Shown here: piece by piece, positions 56,340 to 64,000 of the stretch
Position numbering within the stretch: position 1 is the first letter of the stretch
Layout: each line of letters begins with the position of its first letter
Origin: an uncultured virus (IMG/VR IMGVR_UViG_3300031134_000596)
Taxonomy: Duplodnaviria > Heunggongvirae > Uroviricota > Caudoviricetes
DNA length: 64,000 nucleotides
Virus record (IMG/VR): IMGVR_UViG_3300031134_000596
Direction: 5' to 3' (one strand)
Notes under the pieces: model-generated
What the model saw: only the letters and a program-made list of their open reading frames with translations
Told to the model about the DNA's origin: nothing
Databases searched by the model: none
Position numbers and translations under genes: made by a program

Positions 56340-57083
56340 ATGACTACTGCTATTTCTCATATGGATTGCCTCGAATTTCTGGCAACCTTACCTGACGACA
56401 GTGTTGATTTGGTTCTCACTGACCCTCCTTACCAGATTGGGTTTGACGGAGGTAAAGGTTGGGACAAGCAGTGGAAAACTGAAGCAGAGTACTTGTCATG
56501 GTGCAAGCAATGGACTGCAGAATGTGTAAGAGTCCTCAAACCTGGACGCATGCTTATTGTCTGGGGAACGTTGAAAACGGATACTTTTTTACGGTACAAA
56601 CTGGATGTTCTGAACAGCTTCGAAGAACTTGCTGGCCAGAATGAAATTATCTGGTCCTACAACTGGGGTGGACGCAGCAAGAAGAACTTTGCACGCAAAC
56701 ATGAATACGCTTGGTGTTACTCAAAAGGGAAAGAGTTCCTGTTTAACGCTGATGAAGTGCGGGTTGAACGTAAGATGAAAACCAGCATGAGAACAGGAAC
56801 AGCTCATGACAAAGGAACCATTCCTACTCTCATCTGGGAGAAAAACAACCACACCATGTCCAAAGATTTTATCAACTGGCATCCCACGACAAAAAACGTG
56901 GATATCCTTCAAAGAATTATTGCGGCTTACACTAACGAAGGCGATACAGTTCTTGATATTTTCATGGGCTCAGGATCGACAGCTGTCGCAGCTCACCATC
57001 TGAACAGGAACTCAATCGGATGTGAAAGAGATGATGAGTATTTCGAAAAACTGCAAACACGCATCGCTGGTCTTGAAGGTTAA
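56340..57083 (+). CDS. orphan N6-adenine/N4-cytosine DNA methyltransferase (beta class)
   Basis: DPPY before HPT.K and LDIFMGSGST. Confidence 0.9.
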   Translation: MTTAISHMDCLEFLATLPDDSVDLVLTDPPYQIGFDGGKGWDKQWKTEAEYLSWCKQWTAECVRVLKPGRMLIVWGTLKTDTFLRYKLDVLNSFEELAGQNEIIWSYNWGGRSKKNFARKHEYAWCYSKGKEFLFNADEVRVERKMKTSMRTGTAHDKGTIPTLIWEKNNHTMSKDFINWHPTTKNVDILQRIIAAYTNEGDTVLDIFMGSGSTAVAAHHLNRNSIGCERDDEYFEKLQTRIAGLEG

Positions 57084-57478
57084 GACGCTATTGCTCCGTA
57101 GATAATCCACACTACCGCAGTTACAGGAATAGCTGCTACCGGCCACCAGGCAGCTAAACGGCAGACTGCCCGTGATACTGGCTTGCCTGTTGTGCGACTG
57201 ATTTCGTTTCTTATTCCGTAGATGATGAAACCGTAAGCAACCAGCCACACAAGTGGACTGATGAATGTACCAAAAACAAGGATGAAGGAATCGAATCCGT
57301 TTTTGTCTCCAGCAGCGGAACTTCCAAAAGCTGCTGGGTAAAACAATCCGAGGATGAAAGTCAAGGCAAAGAGTCCCACAGCAATCCATCCAGCATTATC
57401 ACGCTCTTTTAAGGCGTTTTCGTAAGATGGTTCTTGGGAGAAGATTCTGTCATGTGCTGAGCCAGGCATGTTGGTCAT
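57080..57478 (-). CDS. membrane protein
   Basis: three TM segments. Confidence 0.7.
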   Translation of the reverse strand: MTNMPGSAHDRIFSQEPSYENALKERDNAGWIAVGLFALTFILGLFYPAAFGSSAAGDKNGFDSFILVFGTFISPLVWLVAYGFIIYGIRNEISRTTGKPVSRAVCRLAAWWPVAAIPVTAVVWIIYGAIAS

Positions 57479-57505
57479 AAGAGCGTCTCTAACATTCGGG
57501 GTGGT

Positions 57506-57889
57506 TTAGAATATCCATGTGGCGAAAAGAAAAGTTGACAGACATGTAAGTACGCCCCAGATCACTAACCCAGTACTTTTGATTGCTGAGTTGAAAAAAT
57601 ACAGTCTTGCTGATTGGGGCACGAATCGCATGGTTCCAAAGAATACTGCAGCCAGACCGGAAAAGGTGCCGTACAAAATGTATGCACCTGAGAAACACAG
57701 TGAAGCGAGAGCGAACAAGACAACAATTGGGGTTGCTTCAACTTTGAACACAGTCAGCAGCGTGTATGCCAAAGGTCCAGCCGCAAATAGGAACATGCTA
57801 ATACCCAGCAAAGGTAAAGTGAGAACTCCGAGCCTGTTGTTTTGTGTCTCCACAAAGGTATCTGTGTCAGCAGTCAGTTCTAAAGTCAT
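57506..57889 (-). CDS. membrane protein
   Basis: 3-4 TM segments. Confidence 0.65.
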   Translation of the reverse strand: MTLELTADTDTFVETQNNRLGVLTLPLLGISMFLFAAGPLAYTLLTVFKVEATPIVVLFALASLCFSGAYILYGTFSGLAAVFFGTMRFVPQSARLYFFNSAIKSTGLVIWGVLTCLSTFLFATWIF

Positions 57890-58047
57890 GGTAGAGGAAT
57901 GTATCGGCTTTACCCAATGCCCACATAGAAGACGCTGTAAGCGGTTCTAACGGGCTGAACCCAACTGGCAACACGTTGCTCACAGACTACTCTAAAGACG
58001 CTCCTGAGTCATCTGGGAGCCACGCAGAGGTGTTCTACGGATTATTG

Positions 58048-58695
58048 TCAGACGTAGAGAACGTGCGGGGAGTTCTGGCGTACTGTAACTCGCATGGGCT
58101 TGAGCTTAGCAACGGTAGCATCCTCTACAAACAGCCCCGCCCAGCGAGCGAACTGGACGACCTCAGCAGGCACCCCAAGTCTGGTCTGGTTCAGGAAAGC
58201 CGCACCACCAGAGAAACCGAACTGCTTCGCAAAGCTATCAACCTTGTTCTTTTCTTGAACATCACCATAGGTGAACATGGCGAGGAGGTTCTGGTACGGC
58301 TCTTCAGCCAGGTGCTGCATTCGACCTTCAGGCAGACGAACATAACGCTTGGTCTGGTACGGTGCAGGAGCCTGATTCAGCTCTACTGCTTCCACAGAAT
58401 TCTCAGACTGAAGAGTGTAGTCAACAATGTTATCCACTCGAACACCAGGCTTACCCGCGAACGGCGACAGCACCATGAGAAGACCTTCGGTTTCACTCAC
58501 AGGAATGATTCGGAAGAACTCATTAGCTTTTCCCGAAGCGAGACGAACACCATTGAAGACGGCTGTCTTAGCATAATCCGCGAGGTCAGCCAGTCCAGTC
58601 AGAGCCGGTGAAAACGAGTTCACCCGGGCGTCAGAAAGAACGCCATTAGTCAGACGAACGCGAACAGCGTATCCGACGTAACTGGTTGTAGTCAA
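58048..58695 (-). CDS. hypothetical protein
   Basis: GAGG SD, TTG start, 215 aa. Confidence 0.6.
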   Translation of the reverse strand: MTTTSYVGYAVRVRLTNGVLSDARVNSFSPALTGLADLADYAKTAVFNGVRLASGKANEFFRIIPVSETEGLLMVLSPFAGKPGVRVDNIVDYTLQSENSVEAVELNQAPAPYQTKRYVRLPEGRMQHLAEEPYQNLLAMFTYGDVQEKNKVDSFAKQFGFSGGAAFLNQTRLGVPAEVVQFARWAGLFVEDATVAKLKPMRVTVRQNSPHVLYV

Positions 58696-58759
58696 AGTTC
58701 CTCATCAAGTCTAAAGGCGGTGGAGCTTGAATATATCAAAGCCCACCGCCTTTGTCAAC

Positions 58760-59038
58760 TCAGGAGATAGCGTTCTCAACTTCATGAACCAAAGAAGGGA
58801 TTGTTTCCCACCCTGTGATGAGGTAACTGTTACCTGTACCTCTAATTTTCATGTCCATGAGAGTGTACTGCCCTTGCAATGCTTTCAAAGAAAGCCGGCG
58901 TTTTGAGTTTTCAGGGAAGGTCACTCGTTTCTGAGTAACTAAAGTGCCTTTCACTTCAGCGAACCTAAAATGTTCACCATCCTTTGCTGAAGAGTACTCC
59001 CAGGTTGCTTTGTAGAGGTCTTTTTCACATATATCCAT
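58760..59038 (-). CDS. hypothetical protein
   Basis: GGAG SD, last gene of operon. Confidence 0.6.
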   Translation of the reverse strand: MDICEKDLYKATWEYSSAKDGEHFRFAEVKGTLVTQKRVTFPENSKRRLSLKALQGQYTLMDMKIRGTGNSYLITGWETIPSLVHEVENAIS

Positions 59039-59049
59039 GATTTACTCCG

Positions 59050-60039
59050 TTACCAAATCCTGTTGGAAGGATATTCAATGTGGAACGGTGTTTGCTCCCC
59101 ATCGACAGTCAAAGTGGTAGTGAAAGCAGAAGGTGTCGCAATGTCAGGGTCTGCAGCCGACTTCTCTTTGAAATCGTTCGTGAAAGTCCCTTTGTCTGTC
59201 CCTGCCGGCACTGTCAAAGAAATGGTGTTCTGGTTTGTTCCTGCAGCGCCTGAAAGGTAGACGGTTGTCTTCTCAACGCTGTAAGTGGAGGTTCCAAATC
59301 GACCCATGTAGGCGGTAGAGTTACCCCAAATTGTTGCATCTGGCGTAGCAATAGCATTTTTCTCGTCTTCTGTTGAGAAAGCCCCTTCTACTGTAACTCC
59401 ACCATCGGTTTTTAGAGTAACTTTGTAGGAAGTGTTTTCAATCACAGGGAGCGATTTGATGATGCTATCCCATGCACTGGCCAGGACCTCTCCACCTCCA
59501 TTGTTGCTGCTAACCATTTCAATGGTCACAATTCTATGTCCCGAAGCGTCAATATTTGAAGAGTACTTCAAAGAAGAGTAGCCAACGCCTGATGCCAGGT
59601 CATTGAAAGAACTGTAAGCATTCTGGTAAGTATCATCCATGTAATCTGAAGGTGACACACTTTCGAAATCAAAAGCGTACTGGTCATCTACGGAAGTGCC
59701 TCGCACATTGTAGATGTGAGGCTCCTCTTGAATTTCTTGCTGGATGTTAGTACCCAGAACACTCAACCCACCTTCACCCAAAGCAGCTGAAGCTGTTCCG
59801 TTAGTGTCTGCAAATTTGAAGACAACATCACTGGAAGGTAAACCAGTTGCCACTTCACGGTCAGTGGTTTCAAGCTCAAGACCCTGCAAACCATAAGGAA
59901 TATAGTTGTCACTGCGGAAGTTGTTTGTTGGGAAGATTTCGAGCGTGAACGCCCACAGTAGGATGACTACTCCCATGGCTACAGCCACAATACCTAAACC
60001 AGTGACAACGAAGGCCTGTTTTGTTTTTGTTCTAATCAT
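59050..60039 (-). CDS. membrane-anchored extracellular protein
   Basis: N-term TM, S/T-rich acidic body. Confidence 0.7.
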   Translation of the reverse strand: MIRTKTKQAFVVTGLGIVAVAMGVVILLWAFTLEIFPTNNFRSDNYIPYGLQGLELETTDREVATGLPSSDVVFKFADTNGTASAALGEGGLSVLGTNIQQEIQEEPHIYNVRGTSVDDQYAFDFESVSPSDYMDDTYQNAYSSFNDLASGVGYSSLKYSSNIDASGHRIVTIEMVSSNNGGGEVLASAWDSIIKSLPVIENTSYKVTLKTDGGVTVEGAFSTEDEKNAIATPDATIWGNSTAYMGRFGTSTYSVEKTTVYLSGAAGTNQNTISLTVPAGTDKGTFTNDFKEKSAADPDIATPSAFTTTLTVDGEQTPFHIEYPSNRIW

Positions 60040-60043
60040 GTTC

Positions 60044-62656
60044 TCAGTTCCCTTCAGAAATCAACGGTAAAGCGTAAGGAGTGTTCTGGGTGGAAGATGA
60101 ACCTAACACGTTGTATGAGTTGGAACCCCAACCCCATACAACACCGTTCTTGTCAACTCCTAAAGCGTAACCATTGGCAATGGAAATTTGCTCGAAGTTC
60201 AGTGTCACCTGTGTTTCCTGCTCACTGTTAAGCTGGAGAACATTGTTTGCGTTGTCTCCCCAACCTTTCAGCTCGCCATCTGTAGTGATACCGAAAGTGG
60301 TCCCATTACCAGCAGCAACAAAACTGTATGATGTTGCCGTGTCTGCTTCAGTCAAAGTACGCTGCTCTTCCTGATTCTGGACACCCAAAGAGTCATCGCC
60401 CCAGTTCCACAGTTTGCCTTCCTCAGTCAAAGCAAGCACATGTTTGTTACCTGCTGCAACTTGCTTCACTCCAGCCAAAGGATACTGCTGAACCTCATCA
60501 CCTAAGCTTGAACCCCAAATGAAAACAGTGTCTTTGCTGGCGGCAATCGCTACTTGCTGACCTGCTGCCAGGTAGTCAAGGTTGCTTCCAATTGGGACAG
60601 GAACAGGGTATAGACTGTTAGCTGTGGCAAGAGGTCCGAGGAGTTTGGATTCGCCAGAACCCCAGCCCCACATCTGACCTGTTTCATCTACAGCCAAAGT
60701 GTACAGATACCCAGCTTTAGCTTGTTTGAATGTGTCAATAATTTTTGCAGTGACAGCAGGTACAGTTTTGTCTGAGGCAGCACCGTTACCGAATTCACCA
60801 TCAGTGTTCTGACCCCAACCCACTAACTGGTTTGAAACATCCAAACCAACAGCACCATTATTGTAAGGTGCGACTGTTCTCAACTGACTGGTCAAGTCAA
60901 CTGGGGCAAAAGCTTGCTTCTCAGTGCTGTTCGCACCCAGCTGACCTTTAGTGTTGTCACCCCAAGCTCGAACAGTTGTACCTGTTGTAGCGTACACAGT
61001 TCCGATTCCAGCAACTACAGTGTCATAGCCTGAAGCTCGTTTCTGAGGCGTCAAAACTTTCGCTTCCTGAGCAGGGTCAGTAAGCAGTTCACCGTTAGTG
61101 TTTTTACCCCAGACGTAGACATCAGTAGTTGACACTGCAGCAGCGAACTTGTTTCCTGCCGTAATTGAGGAGGCTTTTGCAAGAATGCTCACAGGAACCT
61201 GTGTGTGAGCGTTAGCGTCATCCACGTTGATACCTGTCTGACCATCAGCGTCAGAACCCCAAGCGTAAAGGCGGTTTAAAGCGTCAATGGCGTAACCGTT
61301 CTCGCTACCCAAAGCAATTTTGGTGAACTTCAGCTGCTGTGTGATGATTTCAGGTGCAACAGCGTTGCCTCTCAGTGCAGGTTCTGCGATGACAGCAGGT
61401 TTGATGCCTGAAGTGTCAGTTGCCTGGAAAGTAGCATCAACCTGCGTGGTGCACTCAGCAACATAGTCATCAGGGTCAACAGGAGTTGGCTGAATAGGTG
61501 CAGGCGAAGGAGCTACTGTCGGTTCTGGGCTTCTTGTTGGTGCAGGTGTTGCTGTAGGGTTAGGTGTTGGAGTAGGCGTAGCAGAAGGTCGAGGTGTAGG
61601 GTTTGCTGCTTTGTAAGCTGCATCCTGCTCAGTCTGTTTGCGGTCAGCTTCTGCCTGAGCTGCTTCACGAGCGTCAGCTACTTTAGCTGCTACACAAGCG
61701 TTGATGAGACCCTGACGACGGCTTGCGTCGTTTGCTTTGATTCGAGCAATCTCTCGTTCGACTCGTTCGTTTTCTTCAACCTGAAGCTGGCGCCAGTCAG
61801 TACCAAGTCCAAGTTCTCCATGAGCGTTCTCACCCCATGAATACATGTAACCATTAGAACTCAAAGCAAGCACAGTCTGCGACTGAATGTTTGTTGCTAC
61901 AGCGTTCCAGCTGTTACCTGCAGCGGTCGGAGCTGGTGTGTTTCGTGCGGTGTTGGTTCCGTCACCAAGCTGTCCAGCATCGTTGTTACCCCAGGAGTAA
62001 AGTTCACCTGCTGCTGTTCGTGCGAAGCTAAAATTCTTTCCAGCGTAGACATCTGTGAAGCGGGCATCAGTTGAAGCAACACCTGGTGTGTTTCGTGCGG
62101 TGTTGGTTCCGTCACCAAGCTGTCCAGCATCGTTGTTACCCCAGGACCAAAGGCGTCCTTCTCCGTCCAAGGCAAGAGTGAAGTCTGCACCTGCAGCAAT
62201 TTTATTGTAACGTAAAGCTGCTGTCACCTGAGTGGGGGTGTAAGTAGGATTGGTTGTACCGTTACCAGATTGCCCGATGTCGTTAGGACCCCAGGTAAAG
62301 ATGTGGCCGCTTTCGCTGGTCGCAACACTGTGGTCGTAAGGAGAGTCAATGCTGGAGATTTTCTCAGGCAGTTCAACTTTGTTCCAACCAGAGATGTTTA
62401 CAGTCTGACCTGCAGTAATACCCAGCTGACCTTGACTGTTCCAGCCTCGTGAGTAGACGGTGCCGTCGCTGGCGATGACAGTTGCGAAAGTCTCACCAGC
62501 GGATACCTCTGCGGCTTTGATGAAGTTCTGCTCTTCAGAGGCTTGCACGTTGGTAAGGTTCTGCGAAAGTACTAAAGCAGCACCTGTTACGAAAATCGCA
62601 CCGATGGTGAGAAGCTTCTTCCCAGTAGTGGCTAAAGGCTTTGTTGTGGCATCCAT
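60044..62656 (-). CDS. secreted RCC1/BLIP-II repeat beta-propeller protein
   Basis: signal peptide, many WG.N..GQLG repeats, central coiled coil and PT-rich linker. Confidence 0.88.
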   Translation of the reverse strand: MDATTKPLATTGKKLLTIGAIFVTGAALVLSQNLTNVQASEEQNFIKAAEVSAGETFATVIASDGTVYSRGWNSQGQLGITAGQTVNISGWNKVELPEKISSIDSPYDHSVATSESGHIFTWGPNDIGQSGNGTTNPTYTPTQVTAALRYNKIAAGADFTLALDGEGRLWSWGNNDAGQLGDGTNTARNTPGVASTDARFTDVYAGKNFSFARTAAGELYSWGNNDAGQLGDGTNTARNTPAPTAAGNSWNAVATNIQSQTVLALSSNGYMYSWGENAHGELGLGTDWRQLQVEENERVEREIARIKANDASRRQGLINACVAAKVADAREAAQAEADRKQTEQDAAYKAANPTPRPSATPTPTPNPTATPAPTRSPEPTVAPSPAPIQPTPVDPDDYVAECTTQVDATFQATDTSGIKPAVIAEPALRGNAVAPEIITQQLKFTKIALGSENGYAIDALNRLYAWGSDADGQTGINVDDANAHTQVPVSILAKASSITAGNKFAAAVSTTDVYVWGKNTNGELLTDPAQEAKVLTPQKRASGYDTVVAGIGTVYATTGTTVRAWGDNTKGQLGANSTEKQAFAPVDLTSQLRTVAPYNNGAVGLDVSNQLVGWGQNTDGEFGNGAASDKTVPAVTAKIIDTFKQAKAGYLYTLAVDETGQMWGWGSGESKLLGPLATANSLYPVPVPIGSNLDYLAAGQQVAIAASKDTVFIWGSSLGDEVQQYPLAGVKQVAAGNKHVLALTEEGKLWNWGDDSLGVQNQEEQRTLTEADTATSYSFVAAGNGTTFGITTDGELKGWGDNANNVLQLNSEQETQVTLNFEQISIANGYALGVDKNGVVWGWGSNSYNVLGSSSTQNTPYALPLISEGN
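61933..62146. repeat. exact 64-bp direct repeat (61933-61996 and 62083-62146)
   Basis: identical DNA encoding SWGNNDAGQLGDGTNTARNTP, 150-bp period. Confidence 0.9.
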
Positions 62657-62660
62657 GTTG

Positions 62661-63275
62661 TTACACTTCACTTTCTGCGAAGAACGATTTCATTTCTTCT
62701 ACGCCGTTATGGTCGTTTCGTTCTTCAATACGACGGGTTGCTCGTTGTCTGGCTTTGCCAATGTGTTTGATGGAGCGTTGGTCCTGCGATAAGCGTCCAT
62801 GCAGACCAAAAATGTAGACCAGTCCAAGGGCAAAAGCTGCAGAGAGAAGCAAGATGAGACCCAAAGGTGAGCTGGCGATGCTGAATAGGAACCCTACAGC
62901 GGGGACGCTGAACTGCTCTTTGTAAGTTACATCTCGGATTTTGTAAGGGAACTCATCAGGAAGAGCCCGCTGGTCACTTTTCAACGAAATGTTATAATAC
63001 TGCTCATCATCTGTGCTGATTTCAAGCACTCGTCCAATGAGGTTACGCTGGGACTCACCAACACCGATGGTAACAATGTCGCCAGCTTTGATTTCTTTCT
63101 CAGGGGTGAGCTTGGAAACGATCAACGACCCGTTGCGTACGTCAGGTGACATAGCACTGGTAGCAACAGGAGCAACACGCCATTCAGTAAATGAGTTCAC
63201 CCCTTGAATGCCTGCCGCTAAGACGCTAAAGACAGCAACTACACCCAGTAGAGCTGCAACTAATTTTCGTTTCAC
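62661..63275 (-). CDS. SipW/S26 signal peptidase-like protein with degenerate active site
   Basis: VATSAMSP..GSLI..IKAGDIVT..LIGRV..LKSD, VPAVG. Confidence 0.6.
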   Translation of the reverse strand: MKRKLVAALLGVVAVFSVLAAGIQGVNSFTEWRVAPVATSAMSPDVRNGSLIVSKLTPEKEIKAGDIVTIGVGESQRNLIGRVLEISTDDEQYYNISLKSDQRALPDEFPYKIRDVTYKEQFSVPAVGFLFSIASSPLGLILLLSAAFALGLVYIFGLHGRLSQDQRSIKHIGKARQRATRRIEERNDHNGVEEMKSFFAESEV

Positions 63276-63449
63276 TTTTTTCCTTACCCGAAATCCTGAA
63301 TGTTACTCTACCACAGGTTCGGGAAGAATGGAAGAACTTAAAGCTTTCATTCTAAAAAAGCATTTTCTGTAAAATAACAGATAAAAGGTTGACATTGCTG
63401 CGAATTGTGTTACCGTTATAGCATATACATACGTGAAAGGACAACATAA

Positions 63450-63641
63450 ATGCTAAGGCACCTGATTGGACGGGTACTTTTAGTCCTCGGTGTCGCCTTT
63501 TTCATCGCTGTTGTTTCACCAATCATTTTGACATCGCAAGCTGCGTTGATTATTCTGTCCGCAGCTCTGATTACTTTGTCAATCTCACTATTCACAGCAT
63601 TGATCGTGTCAAAAGAAGAAAAGGTGGTCCCTCATGCCTGA
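63450..63641 (+). CDS. small membrane protein
   Basis: TTGACA promoter upstream, AAAGGA SD, two TM. Confidence 0.65.
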   Translation: MLRHLIGRVLLVLGVAFFIAVVSPIILTSQAALIILSAALITLSISLFTALIVSKEEKVVPHA

Positions 63642-63840
63642 GCAGAACAACTGGAAGTTCAAGTATGTCGCCTGGTCCCGTAGATTAGTGTTTGACAGGA
63701 TGATCGGTTTCCTCTTCTTCGCCATCGGAATCCTTTTCTCAGCTCCTTTGCTGATTTGGTCCGGTTCAGTATTCTTCCTTCTTGCAGCAATCGATGCTCA
63801 TTATAAGAACAAAGCCGAAAAGCAAATCGAAATCGACTAA
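63634..63840 (+). CDS. small membrane protein
   Basis: overlaps previous gene, two TM. Confidence 0.6.
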   Translation: MPEQNNWKFKYVAWSRRLVFDRMIGFLFFAIGILFSAPLLIWSGSVFFLLAAIDAHYKNKAEKQIEID

Positions 63841-64000
63841 CTCATTCCGTACAGGTCTTCAACCAGATGGAATGGCAGCTGAATAGTTGTCGATAAGTCC
63901 TGCACAGGAACACCAAGGCGAATATACTTCAACGCATCCTGGTATTTGAAGTTAGGGTTACGTGCTTGGAGGTCTTCCAGAACTTCTAACCAAATCTCTG
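63837..64000 (-). CDS. 3' end of a hypothetical protein (partial)
   Basis: open frame EIWLEVLEDLQARNP...LYGMS-stop running off the window end. Confidence 0.5.
   Translation of the reverse strand, partial: EIWLEVLEDLQARNPNFKYQDALKYIRLGVPVQDLSTTIQLPFHLVEDLYGMS

Noticed and set aside
56340..57083. Restriction-modification system
   Set aside because: No adjacent endonuclease. The neighbours are membrane and hypothetical proteins, so it is treated as an orphan methyltransferase.
1..64000. CRISPR array, tRNA or rRNA genes
   Set aside because: No regularly spaced repeats with unique spacers and no cloverleaf or rRNA signatures were seen by eye. The GGGTTACTTGAACGCC copies are 5' leaders, not an array.

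Overview
A gene-dense stretch of moderate GC (roughly mid-40s %, estimated by eye) with about 95 mostly short ORFs on alternating strands, many leaderless starts and many bidirectional hairpin terminators. It looks like an accessory region of a very large actinobacterial mobile element, either a jumbo phage or a megaplasmid/phage-plasmid. No capsid, terminase or replication genes are in the window, so the replicon type is not settled. Recognisable genes include rnpA, an IscA/HesB carrier, msrB, a divergent purA-like gene, vWA, two NUDIX proteins, 2H phosphoesterase, HAD, metallophosphoesterase, RNA ligase, three deoxyribosyltransferase-like proteins, SLOG, GH16, an orphan DNA methyltransferase, a zinc-ribbon/Vsr-type nuclease, a HEPN-like protein, two pilin-like proteins and an RCC1-repeat protein. 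Main unexplained signals: (1) six dispersed proteins share an N-terminal Cys/His tag (C-x3-4-P-x1-2-C-x2-H) fused to unrelated effector-like domains (ADP-ribosyltransferase, GNAT, kinase-like, papain-like, Zn-binding), and all six have the same YGTTAGDWA-type motif 5-6 nt before the ATG; (2) a ~130-nt pseudoknotted RNA motif with covarying stems lies upstream of two genes that share an N-terminal RxRxAxTGE motif; (3) a covarying GGGTTACTTGAACGCC leader hairpin occurs in three copies; (4) a recurrent CCGATA, sigma-28-like upstream motif. No tRNA, rRNA or CRISPR array was seen.
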